From NCBI RefSeq assembly GCF_009914755.1, contig NC_060926.1: 64,000 bases of DNA. One strand, 5' to 3'. Positions within the stretch are counted from its first letter, which is position 1; the number at the start of each line of letters is the position of its first letter. A program made the position numbers and the translations under genes. Positions 28,501-42,158 of this stretch are shown here, one piece after another. The notes below the pieces were generated by a model, which worked only from the letters and a program-made list of their open reading frames with translations, did not search any database and had not been told where the DNA came from. This DNA is from the human T2T-CHM13v2.0 reference genome, Homo sapiens.

Positions 28501-29327
28501 ACTGAAGAAGAGAACTTCCAATGACATGAATTACCACAGAACAAGGAAGGCCGTAGCACTCTTGGGTGGAAATGGTTGAGCAGAGGCTGGATGACTCTAC
28601 ACGGGGTCCCAGGAGAGCCTTTGGATTGGGCAGATCCCTTCCAACTTCAACCTACTGAGCTCTCTCTCTGCTTTTCTTCAGTGTCATATTTTGGGCACTA
28701 AACCACTCAGTGACTTTCTGCCAGTGATGAAACCACCTCCCTGCCCCAGTGACAGGTTGCTCTGGTGTCCCTGTCCGCAGGATGCTCCTAGCATATCCCA
28801 GCAACAAAGGGTAATTTTGTTTGCATTTTGTTTTCAATCAGCTAAGAAACAGGAAGCTGCATTCAATGGTTTCCTGCCCAGGAGTGCTGCCTGCGGCCCT
28901 CTCCTGGCTGGTGTTTTTCAGAACAATGGAAATAAATCTGATGTAATGTAGCAGAACACGACAGGGGACGGTTTTCCCCTTAACAAATACTCATTTGAAA
29001 TGGTGCCCAAACCCTGCACGAGGAGCAATCTATTTCCCACAACAGTGTTCCAGCAAAACCCATTACTAATTCCACAACTCAAATTAAAACTAACAGAGCT
29101 TGAAGGCTGGGGCTGACACTCTCTCTGCTGACAAGGAACAAGGAAGGGTGGGGGAAGGGGCCTGTGCACTTGTGTGTGTATGTGTGTGTTTAATTACACT
29201 GTTTAACACATCGAGAATAATTTAGCTACCCGAGTGGAGAAAATAGGCACTTAACTGCTCTCTGGTGGGAAAAAGATGTGCAAACCACTTTCAGCTATAT
29301 ACCACCTTGGCATACCTCAGGGCTTTG

Positions 29328-29472
29328 AGGAGAGAGAGGGAGACAGAGAGAGAATGAAGCAGAGAGAGAGAAGAGAGCAAAAGAAGGGGGTAAGAAGAAG
29401 GAAGGAAGACAGAGAGGGGGAAAAGGAAGGAGGAGGAAGAGAGAGTGGGTGGGAGAGAGAGGGAAGAAGACA
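29328..29472 (+). repeat. GA-rich low-complexity polypurine tract
   Basis: Almost pure purine on the plus strand. Confidence 0.85.
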
Positions 29473-30042
29473 GAAAATTTTGTGTGTATACAAATCTACA
29501 GCAAGTTGGAAGAACATGTGAGTATTTCTCAAAGAGCTTATGTGAGATGGTGTAAGTGTGAGAATGAGCTTAAACATCGGGTTTGAAGATGGAACTTAAC
29601 CGCCAGACCAGTGCTGTCCCTGAGCCACTCTGCACTTCAGAATCATCTCAGTAAGTCTCCATGCATGTGTGGCCTGAATACCATGGTGGGATTAGTGGCC
29701 CCCAGAAAGGCAGACCTCAGAGGAAGACTATGCAGGGCTCACTTTGCAGAAGGGGAAAGTGGGGCTCAAGGTGAAACAGAAGAAGTTTAGGCAGCGCTTG
29801 GGCTTGACTCCTGTCCTGCCCCCAGCTTCAAAGCTGGGGTGATCTGGCCTGTGAGCAAAGCATGCCTCTGTCCCTGCCGAGGGCATCCTACTTTGTGTCT
29901 AATCAGGGCTGAGAGGGGCAGAGGTAAGCTAGTGTTTCTCATCCTCTGAGATAACCTCTGATCCACCGAGGGCCAGGGAAGAGGCCATGAAATGAAATGA
30001 AGGAAACCTCTCTCGTGTCTTCAGATGTAGAAAGCTACACAG

Positions 30043-30447
<405 letters not shown>

Positions 30448-31587
30448 CTACGTAGACCTGGAACAGGTACCAGAGAAGTAAGTGCTCAGAATAGACCTCT
30501 CTATTGCCTGCCAGTGACTCTGGGTTCAGCACTGGAGCTGACTGCCAAAGAGATCAACAGCTTGGCGCAAGAGAGGCAGAAAGCAGAAGCGACTTACTGA
30601 GGTTCCACAGGCAGGGCAACCCCAGCCTCTTCTCTCCTTACTGCCCTTGCTGTGTGGACCCAGCCTCTTCCTGAATCATAGCTCAGAGAGCTCTGCTGAT
30701 GGGTTCTTCTCAGGAGACCCTGGGGGTAACCAAGAGAAGGTTTGCCTGACAGAAAGAATCTGTGAAGCTCCACTAAACTCTATGGGCCTTGGGCACGTCG
30801 CTCCCTCCCCTAGCCTCGGTCTCCCCACTTGGAACACTAAGGAGGTTGGTCTCGCACTTCTAAGTGCTTTTCTACTGTAAGATTCTGTATTTCTGGAACT
30901 GAGACAACAGGTTCTTATGTAGCCTCAATGATACTGTTAGACAATAAAATAGGAACCCACAGAATGTATTATTTCTTTCAATTAAGTTTAGGTTTGTGCC
31001 AATACACACAAAAAAGAAACTTGTCTTTGCATGGAAATCTCCTTTCCCCTCCCTAGAGCATTTGATAGGTGTCATTCAATTATGATAGGGTTGAGTAGAC
31101 TCAACTATATTCTAAGGATGAGGTAGAGCATTCTTTTTTCTGGGAACTAAAACTACATGAGTCTCAGAAACACTGTGTAATATTTAATCTGTGCTCAGAT
31201 TTCCCAGCATGGTTTTTTTCTTTTTTCATCCTTGAAGGAGAGATGCACTTCTCATTTAGCTAATTCAAATTTTTTCTGAAACAAATACAAATTTAGTAGA
31301 CTTAGGAAGTTGGGGCCTGCCATGTACCAAGTTAAAATGCAGGGTCTTGAGAGCCGCTGTTTCAGACGAGTACTCCCCAGGCAGACCCTCGGCTCCGGGC
31401 CTGCTCACTTCCCAAAGGCTTGAACCGCAGAAGGCTAGGTTTGGGGTCTTTTTCCTTTCTTATTTTTAAGGCTCTTTGGAAGTTGAGGCCACATTTATAT
31501 AATCCGTTTATTCTTAAAGGATTTCCCTGGGCCTATCTTCTTAGGCTTTTTCATTTAAATGGACAAAGACAAACAGAAAATGGATGA

Positions 31588-32002
<415 letters not shown>

Positions 32003-32704
32003 TCAGCAGGGATGGAGACTGAGGAAGAGAGTGGGAGGAATGAGATGGCCCAGACGCAGGGAGGACAAAGTCCACCAGGGGAAGGGATTCTCACGCCAGC
32101 CCAGCATTGACGGTGCCAGAATTGTGTCCAAATATTACCCTGTTTTCTTATCCCTCAAGATGTGAATTCTCAAGGCATGGCTGGAAAACAAGGAATGCAG
32201 ATGATGTGACTCTCAGATGGAGCTTTTTAAAGACCACCGCCCCCTGCGCTGCGTCTAGCCACAACACAGCGGAGAAAGGACAGTAGAGCCGGCTGATGGA
32301 CCCCTGGCCCGGTTACCTGGGCATCCCAGTCTGTGCCTGGCCATTCTGGGTCTCTCAGGCCTGACCTGTGGAGGCTGCAGAGGCGAGTAGGCTGAGCCCT
32401 GGACTGGGAGCTCTGGTTGGGGGGTGGCGGGGGTTTGGAGACAAATCCAGTAGTACCAGTGGCCAAGCACGTTGACTAAGGGAGCCATTCCCTTTTCTGA
32501 CCAGGTGCTCGGAGACACACGATGAAGGTCCCCAGGAAGGCCCAGGTCAACCTTCTTGTTCTGGAGCAAGCTTCCATCCAAGCAGATGGGGTCCCATCTC
32601 TGGGGTCAGGATATGGACCAGTGGGAGGAGAAATGTTTTTCAAAAACAAGAGCTTTCTATATTAAATATGTCAAAAAGCAACATGAAAAAGAAGGAGCTT
32701 AGAA

Positions 32705-32743
32705 TGTGTGTGTGTGTATGTGTGTGTGTGTGTGTGTGTGTGT
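32705..32743. repeat. (TG)n microsatellite
   Basis: Direct inspection. Confidence 0.95.
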
Positions 32744-34364
32744 AAATGTGAATGTAAACGTGTCTAAGTGAGTGAGTGAAGCAGAGAAAGGCAGGCTGGG
32801 GGGGGGGGGGTGGTGGTTAGACCTCTGAGGTTTCCCTTGTTCCTTCTGTCATTCTTTCCCTCTCCAGCCCTAAGAAACGGGGAGAGCCAGAGCTTCTGAA
32901 AGCAAGGACTGAGGGCAAGAAGGAAAGACAGAGGAAAGAGAGAGGAGCAGAAATGGCCTAAAAACCAGCTCTTGCAGGGTCCACTGGGGAGATGGTGGGA
33001 AGGACAGGACCTGGGGCAGGGGGTACAGGCCTGGGAGCCTCTGCCTGAAAAGAGAGGTAGATGCAGTCCCAGGAGACCTCCACCCCTCTTGCTGTCTGGC
33101 CTATGTTCCAGAACAGGCAGGGAGCTGTGGGGAATCCCCACGCCCACCTAGGGCAGGTGACCTGGCTGAGGAAGAAGGCTTGAGGACAGGTCTGAGGGGA
33201 TGGCAGCACTGGCTCAGGACAGCCCCTGGGTTGACGGAACGTGCATCTGGTGGTCTGCTGGCTGGAGTCCCAGGAGCCAGCCCCTGCAGAAAGCCTCTGC
33301 CCTCATCTCCCCCAGGGCCATGCCATCCGACTGTATCTTAAGTTCCTGCAGAAAGCTAGAGTTTTCTGAGGTGGGGCTTAATGGTATATGTAGTTCAGCT
33401 GGTTGGCTGCCACGTCTGGTTAAGGATTAGAGTGGGGAGAAAAGAGAATGTTTGGCGAGAAGAACAGGGGCAAAGATTCCTGTCATCTCTCCATCACCTC
33501 TCTGGCTTCAGACCTTTGAGAACCAGTGGTCTCTAGTGGGCCACTGGGTGCATCTCCCGAAGGCAGTGTGTGGCTGTGATGGGAGACAGCGCCCCTCTGT
33601 GTCTCTGGTCTGCAGGCTGGGACAGGGTCTTGTTCAGTCCTCTGAACTGTGTGGGAGGTGCTGGTCAGACCTGGTCCACAGGCATGGGAGGTGGACATGG
33701 CAGGGCTGACCAGTGGAGATCAGAGGGCAGAGTGCTGCCAGAGGGACCATTCTTTCAGAGGGAAAGGAAACAAACCTCCTGGCTGCTCCCAATTTTAAAG
33801 GTCCCTTGGGACTTACTTGGCCGAAGTGAGGATGTTAACCCCAGAGTCCTGGCTGTCCTCCAGCCCAAGTCCTTAGAGGCAGCTCGTCACCCCAGCCACT
33901 ACCGTGGGACATGGTACACGTCCCATCTCATGTTGAACTCACCAGAGAGGGCGGCAGTGGGCAAATCTCCACTTCATAACCCTACAACATGTATTAACAA
34001 TTTGGATCTCTTTATTCACTAAATAGTTTGTCTCTGAGGCAACACAAGAGATAGATGAGGTGACCTTTAGCTGCCTTTCAACATGAGTATCATGGATTAC
34101 AAGAGGCTGGGAGACTCCTTGGGGATTGCCTTGTTCACCTCTCTATTATTGAGACAAGGAAACAGGCTTAAGGCTTGGCTGAGCTTTCCTGGTTGTTTCC
34201 CGGGAGAATGAGCTCTGCAGATTGGTAAAAGCTTCTCATGCACCCCCACAGCCTTCCCTTATACTGCAGAGTTTTTTATTCAACAGGGTTTGTGCAAAGC
34301 AAAAAGTAGTGCATAGTGGAGGAGAGTGCCCTGAGAATTCAGGAATCAAGACAAAAGAGACTGA

Positions 34365-34742
<378 letters not shown>

Positions 34743-35980
34743 ACAGAGCCTTTTTAAGTAAATTGGAATCATAACTCTCTGAGGAGGGAAGAGTAGGAGG
34801 CAACATTCATCCAAATATTTGATCATAAATGCTTTATATCAAGGAGCCCCCAGCAACAGCCCCCAAAATTAGTGTTCTATGTATACCATGCTTTAGGAAA
34901 CACTTGACCAAAAGATAGAGTCCCAAGGGTGGTAGAAAATCAACACCTCCTCTTGATTCTGCTCCCATCTTTTGCATGGCCGTGGACTTCCTTGCTGTCT
35001 ATCAGTGGCATGCTCCACCATGGACGTTCTGAGAGAGTTAGGATGCCCTCAACCTGACTTCTTCCAAACCTTGAGGAGAGATGGAATGGACCAGCCTATC
35101 CAAAGTCCCCTTTATGGTTTTCTCATGGGAGAAAGAGGTGACATCTAGGCAGGAACATTAGTGCTGTACGCAGTGTTCAGCAGATATTAATGATAATTCA
35201 GTCTTTATTAAACCTTTCTTAGGTGCCATCTCAGGTTCTCTTAGCCTCAACCTGTCTCTAGGACTCTTGGTCCCTTTTTTACTCCAGCCAAGGAAGTGGC
35301 TCTTCTGACCACTTCTGGACTCAGATGAGGTGCCAAGCCTCTAGCAATTAGATCTAGTTTTCCCAGTGGCTGCCACAGGGGTCAGAAGACACAAGCTGGA
35401 AGTGCAGGACAGTTAACTCCCCATAGGGCAAGCTTTGAACAATAAGAGAGGAGACAGAGTGAGCCAACATATAAATGTCCTCTCTACCCTTGCTCGGATA
35501 GACTCTTCCAAGGCACAATGCATCTGCAACGCCAGTCCAGAGGGGCCCTGCTTTGGCCAAGTGGCTGGTCATGTCTCTTTGTGAAGAGAGGCCAGGTGGT
35601 GGCACATCATCCCTCACTGCTTCCCCTTTTTCTCTTCCCATTTCCCACTTCCCTGACTCTCACTCCCCTGGTGTCTTACCTTAAGTGCTAAGTAGCACTT
35701 AAGCTTTGCCTCAGGCTTTGTTTTATAGAGAACCCAGGCTAAAATAATGTCAACAATAATGACTAAAATATCTTCAGCACTTGCCATGTGCTCAAGTACT
35801 GCTAAGTGCTTTCCATATAGGATCTCATTTGATCCTTTCACTGATCTTTTGGGGTAGATTACTGTTGCTACCATGTCTTAGTGATGAGGAAACTGGGACC
35901 CCCAAGAGGTTAAGGAGCATGCCCCAAATCACACAGCTCACCATATGGAAGCATCAAGCACAATGCTTGATACGGAGTGA

Positions 35981-36335
<355 letters not shown>

Positions 36336-36657
36336 TAATGTGTGCATTTCTTCATAGCATCTTTTCTTCTAAGGTGTTCTTTCAAGAGGGTAACTGAATA
36401 CAACCAAATAACTAGGGGACAAGACAGGGTACCTACCAGGCACAGCAGAACTCCAGCTCTGTCATTTGCATCTGGTATAAACTTTTGCAGCAAGTCACTC
36501 ACCGGTCCCTCACTTTTTCCATCTACAAAATGGGATAATGAACTCATGCTATATATAGCTTTTGCCTATTACACAGTTGGTAGATTATTACATTTCCATC
36601 AACCAATCTACTAATAAGTAAGCCTCCCTACAGCTGTCACTCCTCCAACCTTCAAAA

Positions 36658-36683
36658 TAACAACAACAACAACAACAACAACA
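36658..36683 (+). repeat. (CAA)n trinucleotide repeat
   Basis: Direct inspection. Confidence 0.9.
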
Positions 36684-37557
36684 AAAACCCACAATACTTA
36701 TGTCAAGGTGGGTACAAAGGTGAGACAATTCAAGAGGATAATCTGATTGAAAGTCTAGTTAATGCCACTCGGGGGTAACCAAAGTTGTGTTTGTGACCCA
36801 GGACAAATGGGACAGTCAGTAGTTCATGACCCAACTGTAACTATAGAGGGAAAATATCTGCACTTATTCTAATCTGGTTAACTTGGGTCCAAGCTGAGCA
36901 GCTGGAACTGTCTCCCTGAGAACAGCATCACATCTCAAAGATTACATAACTTTAGCAGTTACAGAGACACATGTGTGTGACCATGACACCACTAGAGGCA
37001 TATAGGAACCTCCTGAATCTCTGAAGTTGTAATGATCTGTCTTTTGTGATTAACCCAGAGTTGTCAACTTCATTCCTATAACTAATAAGCTAGATGATTA
37101 GAAAACAAAGGGCCCAGGTCCCATTCTTCCCTTTAGCAAATGTTTATTAAGCACCTACTATCTAACAGAAACTACACATCAGTGCACAAAGAAGACATGA
37201 TTTCTGCCATCAATGTGTCCCTTACGGTGAACACAGCCCTCAAGGTCACAACTTAGAATGATCAGAAATCGAAGGTGACAGAATGATTAAGAAATACTCT
37301 CTTTGCATGAAATATGCAAAGTTTGGATTAGATTCTCTTAGAAAATTAACTCCCACTTTGCCCTAGTTTTTCTTAAAGCATATCCTTGGACCACCTGCAT
37401 CAAAAAAACCCAGCTTCCAGAGCTACTGAATATGTACCTTGGGAGGTGGGAACTCAGAAGCGACATCATGAAGCTCTCTAGAAAATTGTACATGCTCACT
37501 AATGTTTAGAGGACTGCCTTGGTCCACAGCTCTGGGACATGACCACGCACAACTTAC

Positions 37558-37700
37558 CTGTTTCCTAGGCAGGTGTGTCTGATGGAGGAGGGGAGACGGG
37601 CAGGTTCCACAGGCTCTCAGGTTAGAGAGTGGTGGAGGAGACTGGCAGAGGAGGAGAGCATGGCCGGCCGTCTTGGAGAAAGAGCAGTGCTGGTGTCTGC
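37558..37700 (-). other. CAPN13: Probable CAPN13 non-coding exon 1 (5' end approximate)
   Basis: Consensus donor CAG|gtaagt at 37558; TATA-like element ~25-30 nt upstream of 37700; exon 2 opens at a splice acceptor, so an upstream exon is required. Confidence 0.75.
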
Positions 37701-37721
37701 TTACTCCTGACCTCAGGCTTT

Positions 37722-37731
37722 TCCTTATATG
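37722..37731 (-). promoter_or_regulatory. TATA-like box (CATATAAGGA) of the CAPN13 promoter
   Basis: Plus strand ttccttatatg, positioned ~170 nt upstream of the consensus exon-1 donor. Confidence 0.6.
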
Positions 37732-38287
37732 GGTGTACCAGGTAAAGGCAGGCTCCACCTTCGTTAAACAGTGACTTCAGCATTGGGCAGTGGCCTGCCA
37801 CCTCTTGGAGAGAGAGAGGACATTGAATGTAAACAGCAACAGCTTCCAGATTCTCCGCCCCAAGCCTATCTCTGCCTTATCCCACCTCACTTCCTGGGGC
37901 CCCTAAGCTGCCCGTTTCTTGGCTCTTGCAGTTTTCATTGTTTCCAGATATTTAAGTTTCTTTATCTTTATTCTGCTTCAGGGAATTTGTGTTTTGTTTT
38001 GGTTTGTTTTACAAAACCCCTCTGCTGAGAAAAGACTGAGGGAAGCAACCTTCCTTCAGGCCTCATTCTCATACAGGAAAGTACAATTGCCATGTCTCCT
38101 GCATCAAGAGTGGCCACTCCACGTCAATCATATCACATCTCTTTCTACTAGACGCAGTATCTTCTTTCTACAAATACATTGTAGAACACATTAACTCCTG
38201 GGCATGGCGAGACCCAGGGAAGGTCTCTGCATCATCCCTGCTTGCTGGATGGGGCAGAAAGAGATGAGGCGTGTAAAGTGCATGTTT

Positions 38288-39278
38288 CCTGTTCTCAAAT
38301 CCAAGGGGCTATTTGCTTTTCTGGCATCTTTAATTCCTTGATGTTCTTCATCCCCATTCATAAGTGCTCTTTAGAAGCCAGTTCCAGAACCCTGATCGCA
38401 TGGCACACCCTATGCTATAGGCAATAATGATAAAATAGGTAAAACAGGGAAACAATGTGGAAATCACCAAAAACTGTTATGACTGGTCCATTCCCAAATT
38501 CTGATGAGTAGAAAGGGATATTTGGCACATGAATGAAGAATCTGAGAAGCTGGAAAGTATGGATATGAGTTTTAACCCCAGTTTTGCAACTTTTGGCTGT
38601 GTGACCTGGGCAAGTCCCTTCCCATCTTAGTCTATTAATCCGTGAGCTGAGGATTATGATGCTTACCCTGTCTGCCTTGTGTTTGTTTAGTGGGATTCCT
38701 GCATCCCAGCGGACACCTTCTATTAGAAATTTCACTATAAATACAGTAAACAATACACACACACACACTATTGCATAAACATCATCAGTGAATAAATACG
38801 CAGATATCTGTGGTGCATGTTCAAAATGATTTTACTAATAGAGCATGCAATGAAAAATGTTGGAAAGCCATAGTTTCAGAAAAAAATGGTGAGAAAATGC
38901 TTCAGAAAGCCCTACCCACAAGGATATATCACAAGACAGTGTCTCAAGAAAATTAATTGGGAGTTTTCTTGCTTATTGATGATGGTTTTGTCATCTCCCA
39001 TCTCTAAAAATATATTTTTCCCCCTAAGAGTGGGAGCTGTTATCCCCAGAGCAGTCTTTGGGAGTACTGAGTTAAAAAGGGAAACAGCTCCCGATGGAGT
39101 GTTCTAGGTGCCAAGAAACAAGCCGCTCTGGGTGATAATTGTGCCGGAAGAATGGCTTAGGTGAGGGACCCTGTCAAGAACACCTGTGCACAAATCCCAG
39201 GGGCTGTTTTCTTTTCTGGCATCTTTGATTCTTTGGTGTTCTTCCTCCCATTTATAGGTGCTCTTTAGAAGCCAATTC
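38288..39278 (+). repeat. Dispersed direct repeat, two ~97 bp copies (38288-38384 and 39183-39278)
   Basis: Manual alignment gives about 12 mismatches plus 1 gap. Confidence 0.85.
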
Positions 39279-41177
39279 TCAGTGATTTGTTTTTTCCAGA
39301 GAATTCCAGCCGAAGGCTATAAACTGGGCAACACCTAACAGTAAGTTCTTAGCTGGACTTGCTCCAACTCTGAAGGCCGTGTGGCATGCCCCTTAAATGC
39401 TTCCAATGCCTTTCTGGCATTCCCTGCTGAGCACTGCATAGCTGCCCTGAGATGCAGTCCTTTGCGGCATGCATGGGACCCACCACAGCCCTCCTCTCCC
39501 TCTGAGTCTCGATCTCCTTCACTGTATGTGATGGCTTCTGTGTCACGGAGCCCCACTGGGGCCTCCCCTGCCACTACCTGTGTCTACCAAATACACTGAT
39601 CCTGCTATGGCTGTCCAAGCCTGGCCTGTGAGGGCTGTTCTTCGAGTGCCAACTGTGGGTGTAGGAAATGCCGTCATTGCCATTGTGCTGTGGCCATACC
39701 TGCACTTCCTCTGCCACGCCATGACTGCCCCTGATGTGACTGGCTCCTGCACTCATGCCGCTGACATTTAGTGCTCAGTGTCCTAAAGAAATGCAAAGAA
39801 ATAGCTCTTTTTTTGCAATCACTTCGAGCCAGAAGAAAACTGGAGCCAGACTAGGCTCAGGGTCCCCGTCCTCCCCTTATGAACCTAGGCTACAGTCCTT
39901 GAACCAATCTTGCCCACAGGGAGACCACCTTCTCTGAGAGAGACTTCTTTCTCCAGAGACTCCTTACTCAATCATGTCAACACACTCCTGAGTGCTCCCA
40001 CTCACCAACCTGTAGCCATGCCTCAGAATACCCAGATCTTGAGAGACATAACTCTTCCTCTCTCCTTCCTTCCCCTTCTCCTTTCTGTCTTCTTCCCCCA
40101 ACCCCACTGTTCTGTCTCCCTCTCTGCCTCTCCAACATTCTCTTACAAACTGTTTCTCATGCCATGTTGCCAGGCACTGCACCAGGCTCAGGGAACACAG
40201 CAGCAGGTCCAGCGGACACACAAGCCCAGTGGACTTAGAATCTAGTGAGAGACACACATGAAACCAATAACCACAAAAGCAGCCAGATTATTTCTCTTGC
40301 AATTAGTGCTATGAAGGGGATTTGCAGGTTCTAGGAGACACCCAAACAGGAAAAAGTAGGCAGTGCCTCCACTGAGGAGTCATGAGACGCCCTCCTGGGG
40401 AGTGAAGGATGTGGGGAGCCAGCCAGGAGGAGAGGGTCGAGGAGGAGGCTGTGGTGAGACTGGTAAGAATGTGCAAATCCTGTGTACAGCTTGATAAATG
40501 TTCACAAAGGAAACCCAAGTTACCGGCATCCAGATTAAGAAACACCATTACCAGAACCCAGAAGCTCCTTTGCACCCTTTCTCATAATGTCCTTTGGTTT
40601 ACCCTCAAGGTAAACTGTCCTGAGTCAGTTAATTTTGAAAAGCCTTATCCTCTTTTCCTTTATAAGAAAACAAACCCTGTGTTGACTTAGGGAATTAAAT
40701 CAAATGACCCTGTAAAATATCACAAAGGGGACTGTTTTGGCAGGGGAAACAGGTATACAGAGTGTTTACCACATGGTTAAATGGATCATTTAGCAGATTT
40801 CATGTACATTTCATGTATTTGTACATTCCCCTGTGGGTGGAAATAGCAAAGTCAACAAAGTGCAGTGATTTTTATTAATGCCGAAAAGTATGAAGTGCCT
40901 GGAGGTCACCCAGCTTGAGTTTGCTGTGCCATGGCTGCCAGCTAGGCAGATTACAAACTACCAAGTCAAGCCCAGGCCTATTACACCCCGGTTCCTTCTT
41001 GTGCCCTGGGGGACAGAACCCCAGCAAAAGCCAGAGTTTCCATTCTTATGCATAGATGAGAACACAGAGTGTGTGTGCGTGGTGGGGCAGCAGGAGGCGT
41101 GGAGGCAAGAGGAACATAAGGAAGCCAGAGATGGTTTAAAAATGAGTGATGTTCCTTATTATAAAATACTCATCACA

Positions 41178-41478
41178 GGCTGGGTGCAGTAGCTCACGCC
41201 TGTAATCCCAGCAGTTTGAGAGGCTAAAGCGAGTGGATCACTTGAAGTCAGGTGTTCAAGACCAGCCTGGGCAACATGGTGAAACCCCGTCTCTACTAAA
41301 AATACAAAAATTAGCCAGGTGTGGTGGTGCATGCCTGTAATCCCAGCTACTCAGGAGGCTGGGGCAGGAGACTAGCTTGAATCTGGGAGGCAGAGGCTGC
41401 AGTGAGCTGAGATCACACCACTATACTCCAGCCTGGGTGACAGAGCAAGATTGTCTCAAAAAATAAAATACAATAAAC
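41178..41478 (+). mobile_element. Alu (AluS)
   Basis: Full dimer; TSD AAAATACTCATCACA on both sides. Confidence 0.95.
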
Positions 41479-41982
41479 AAAATACTCATCACAGAAACTT
41501 TTGAAAAATTATTTAAAAGTTAAAAAATAACCATAATCTTATACTCAGAGATAATGATTATTTTTCGTCTTCCTTTTTCTAGACACAGCCACACATAATG
41601 CAGACATTTCAGTCACTGGCGCCTACAAGTGCTTGCAAGAGATGTCGACTCAGTGCTCACGTTCTGAATGCACTGGCTTGGAGCCCTTTCCCAGCTGATG
41701 CAACGTCTCCCCCTGGGAATCTCTGGGAAGCCCCGAGAGTGTCTGCTGGTTGTCCACCGAACATCTTCTGCATTCCATTAGGCATTGTGGTCTCTGGGGG
41801 ACACTATACCTTCTCTAAGGGAGCTCTGTCCTCCCTAGGGTTATGAACTCTTGATTGACCTCTCTCTATTGTCTCTAGCCCTAGTTCTTCCACTCCCAAA
41901 TAGCTTCTCAGTGTCCCTCTCCCATGCAAATCACTTGAGCAAATATATGCCCCCAAAGCAAGTGTTTAGAATACCAAGTCTC

Positions 41983-42158
41983 AGCTGGGAGTGGTGAGGG
42001 ATGCCTATTATCCCAGCTCCTTGGGTGGCTAAGGCAGGAGGATCACTTAAACCCACAAGTTTGAGACCAGCCTGGGCAACATAGCAAGACCCTGTCTCAA
42101 TAAAAATAAAGATTAAGAATTAAAGAAAATAAATAAATTCAACCATAACTTAAAACAA
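41983..42158 (+). mobile_element. Free Alu monomer (FLAM-like) with long A-rich tail
   Basis: Single monomer ending gaccctgtctc; TSD AGAATA(C/T)CAAGTC. Confidence 0.8.

Noticed and set aside
32232-32255. CTCF-like motif (gcagcgcagggggcggtgg on the minus strand)
   Set aside because: The 3' half fits but the conserved 5' CCA/CCG positions mismatch; unsupported without ChIP data.
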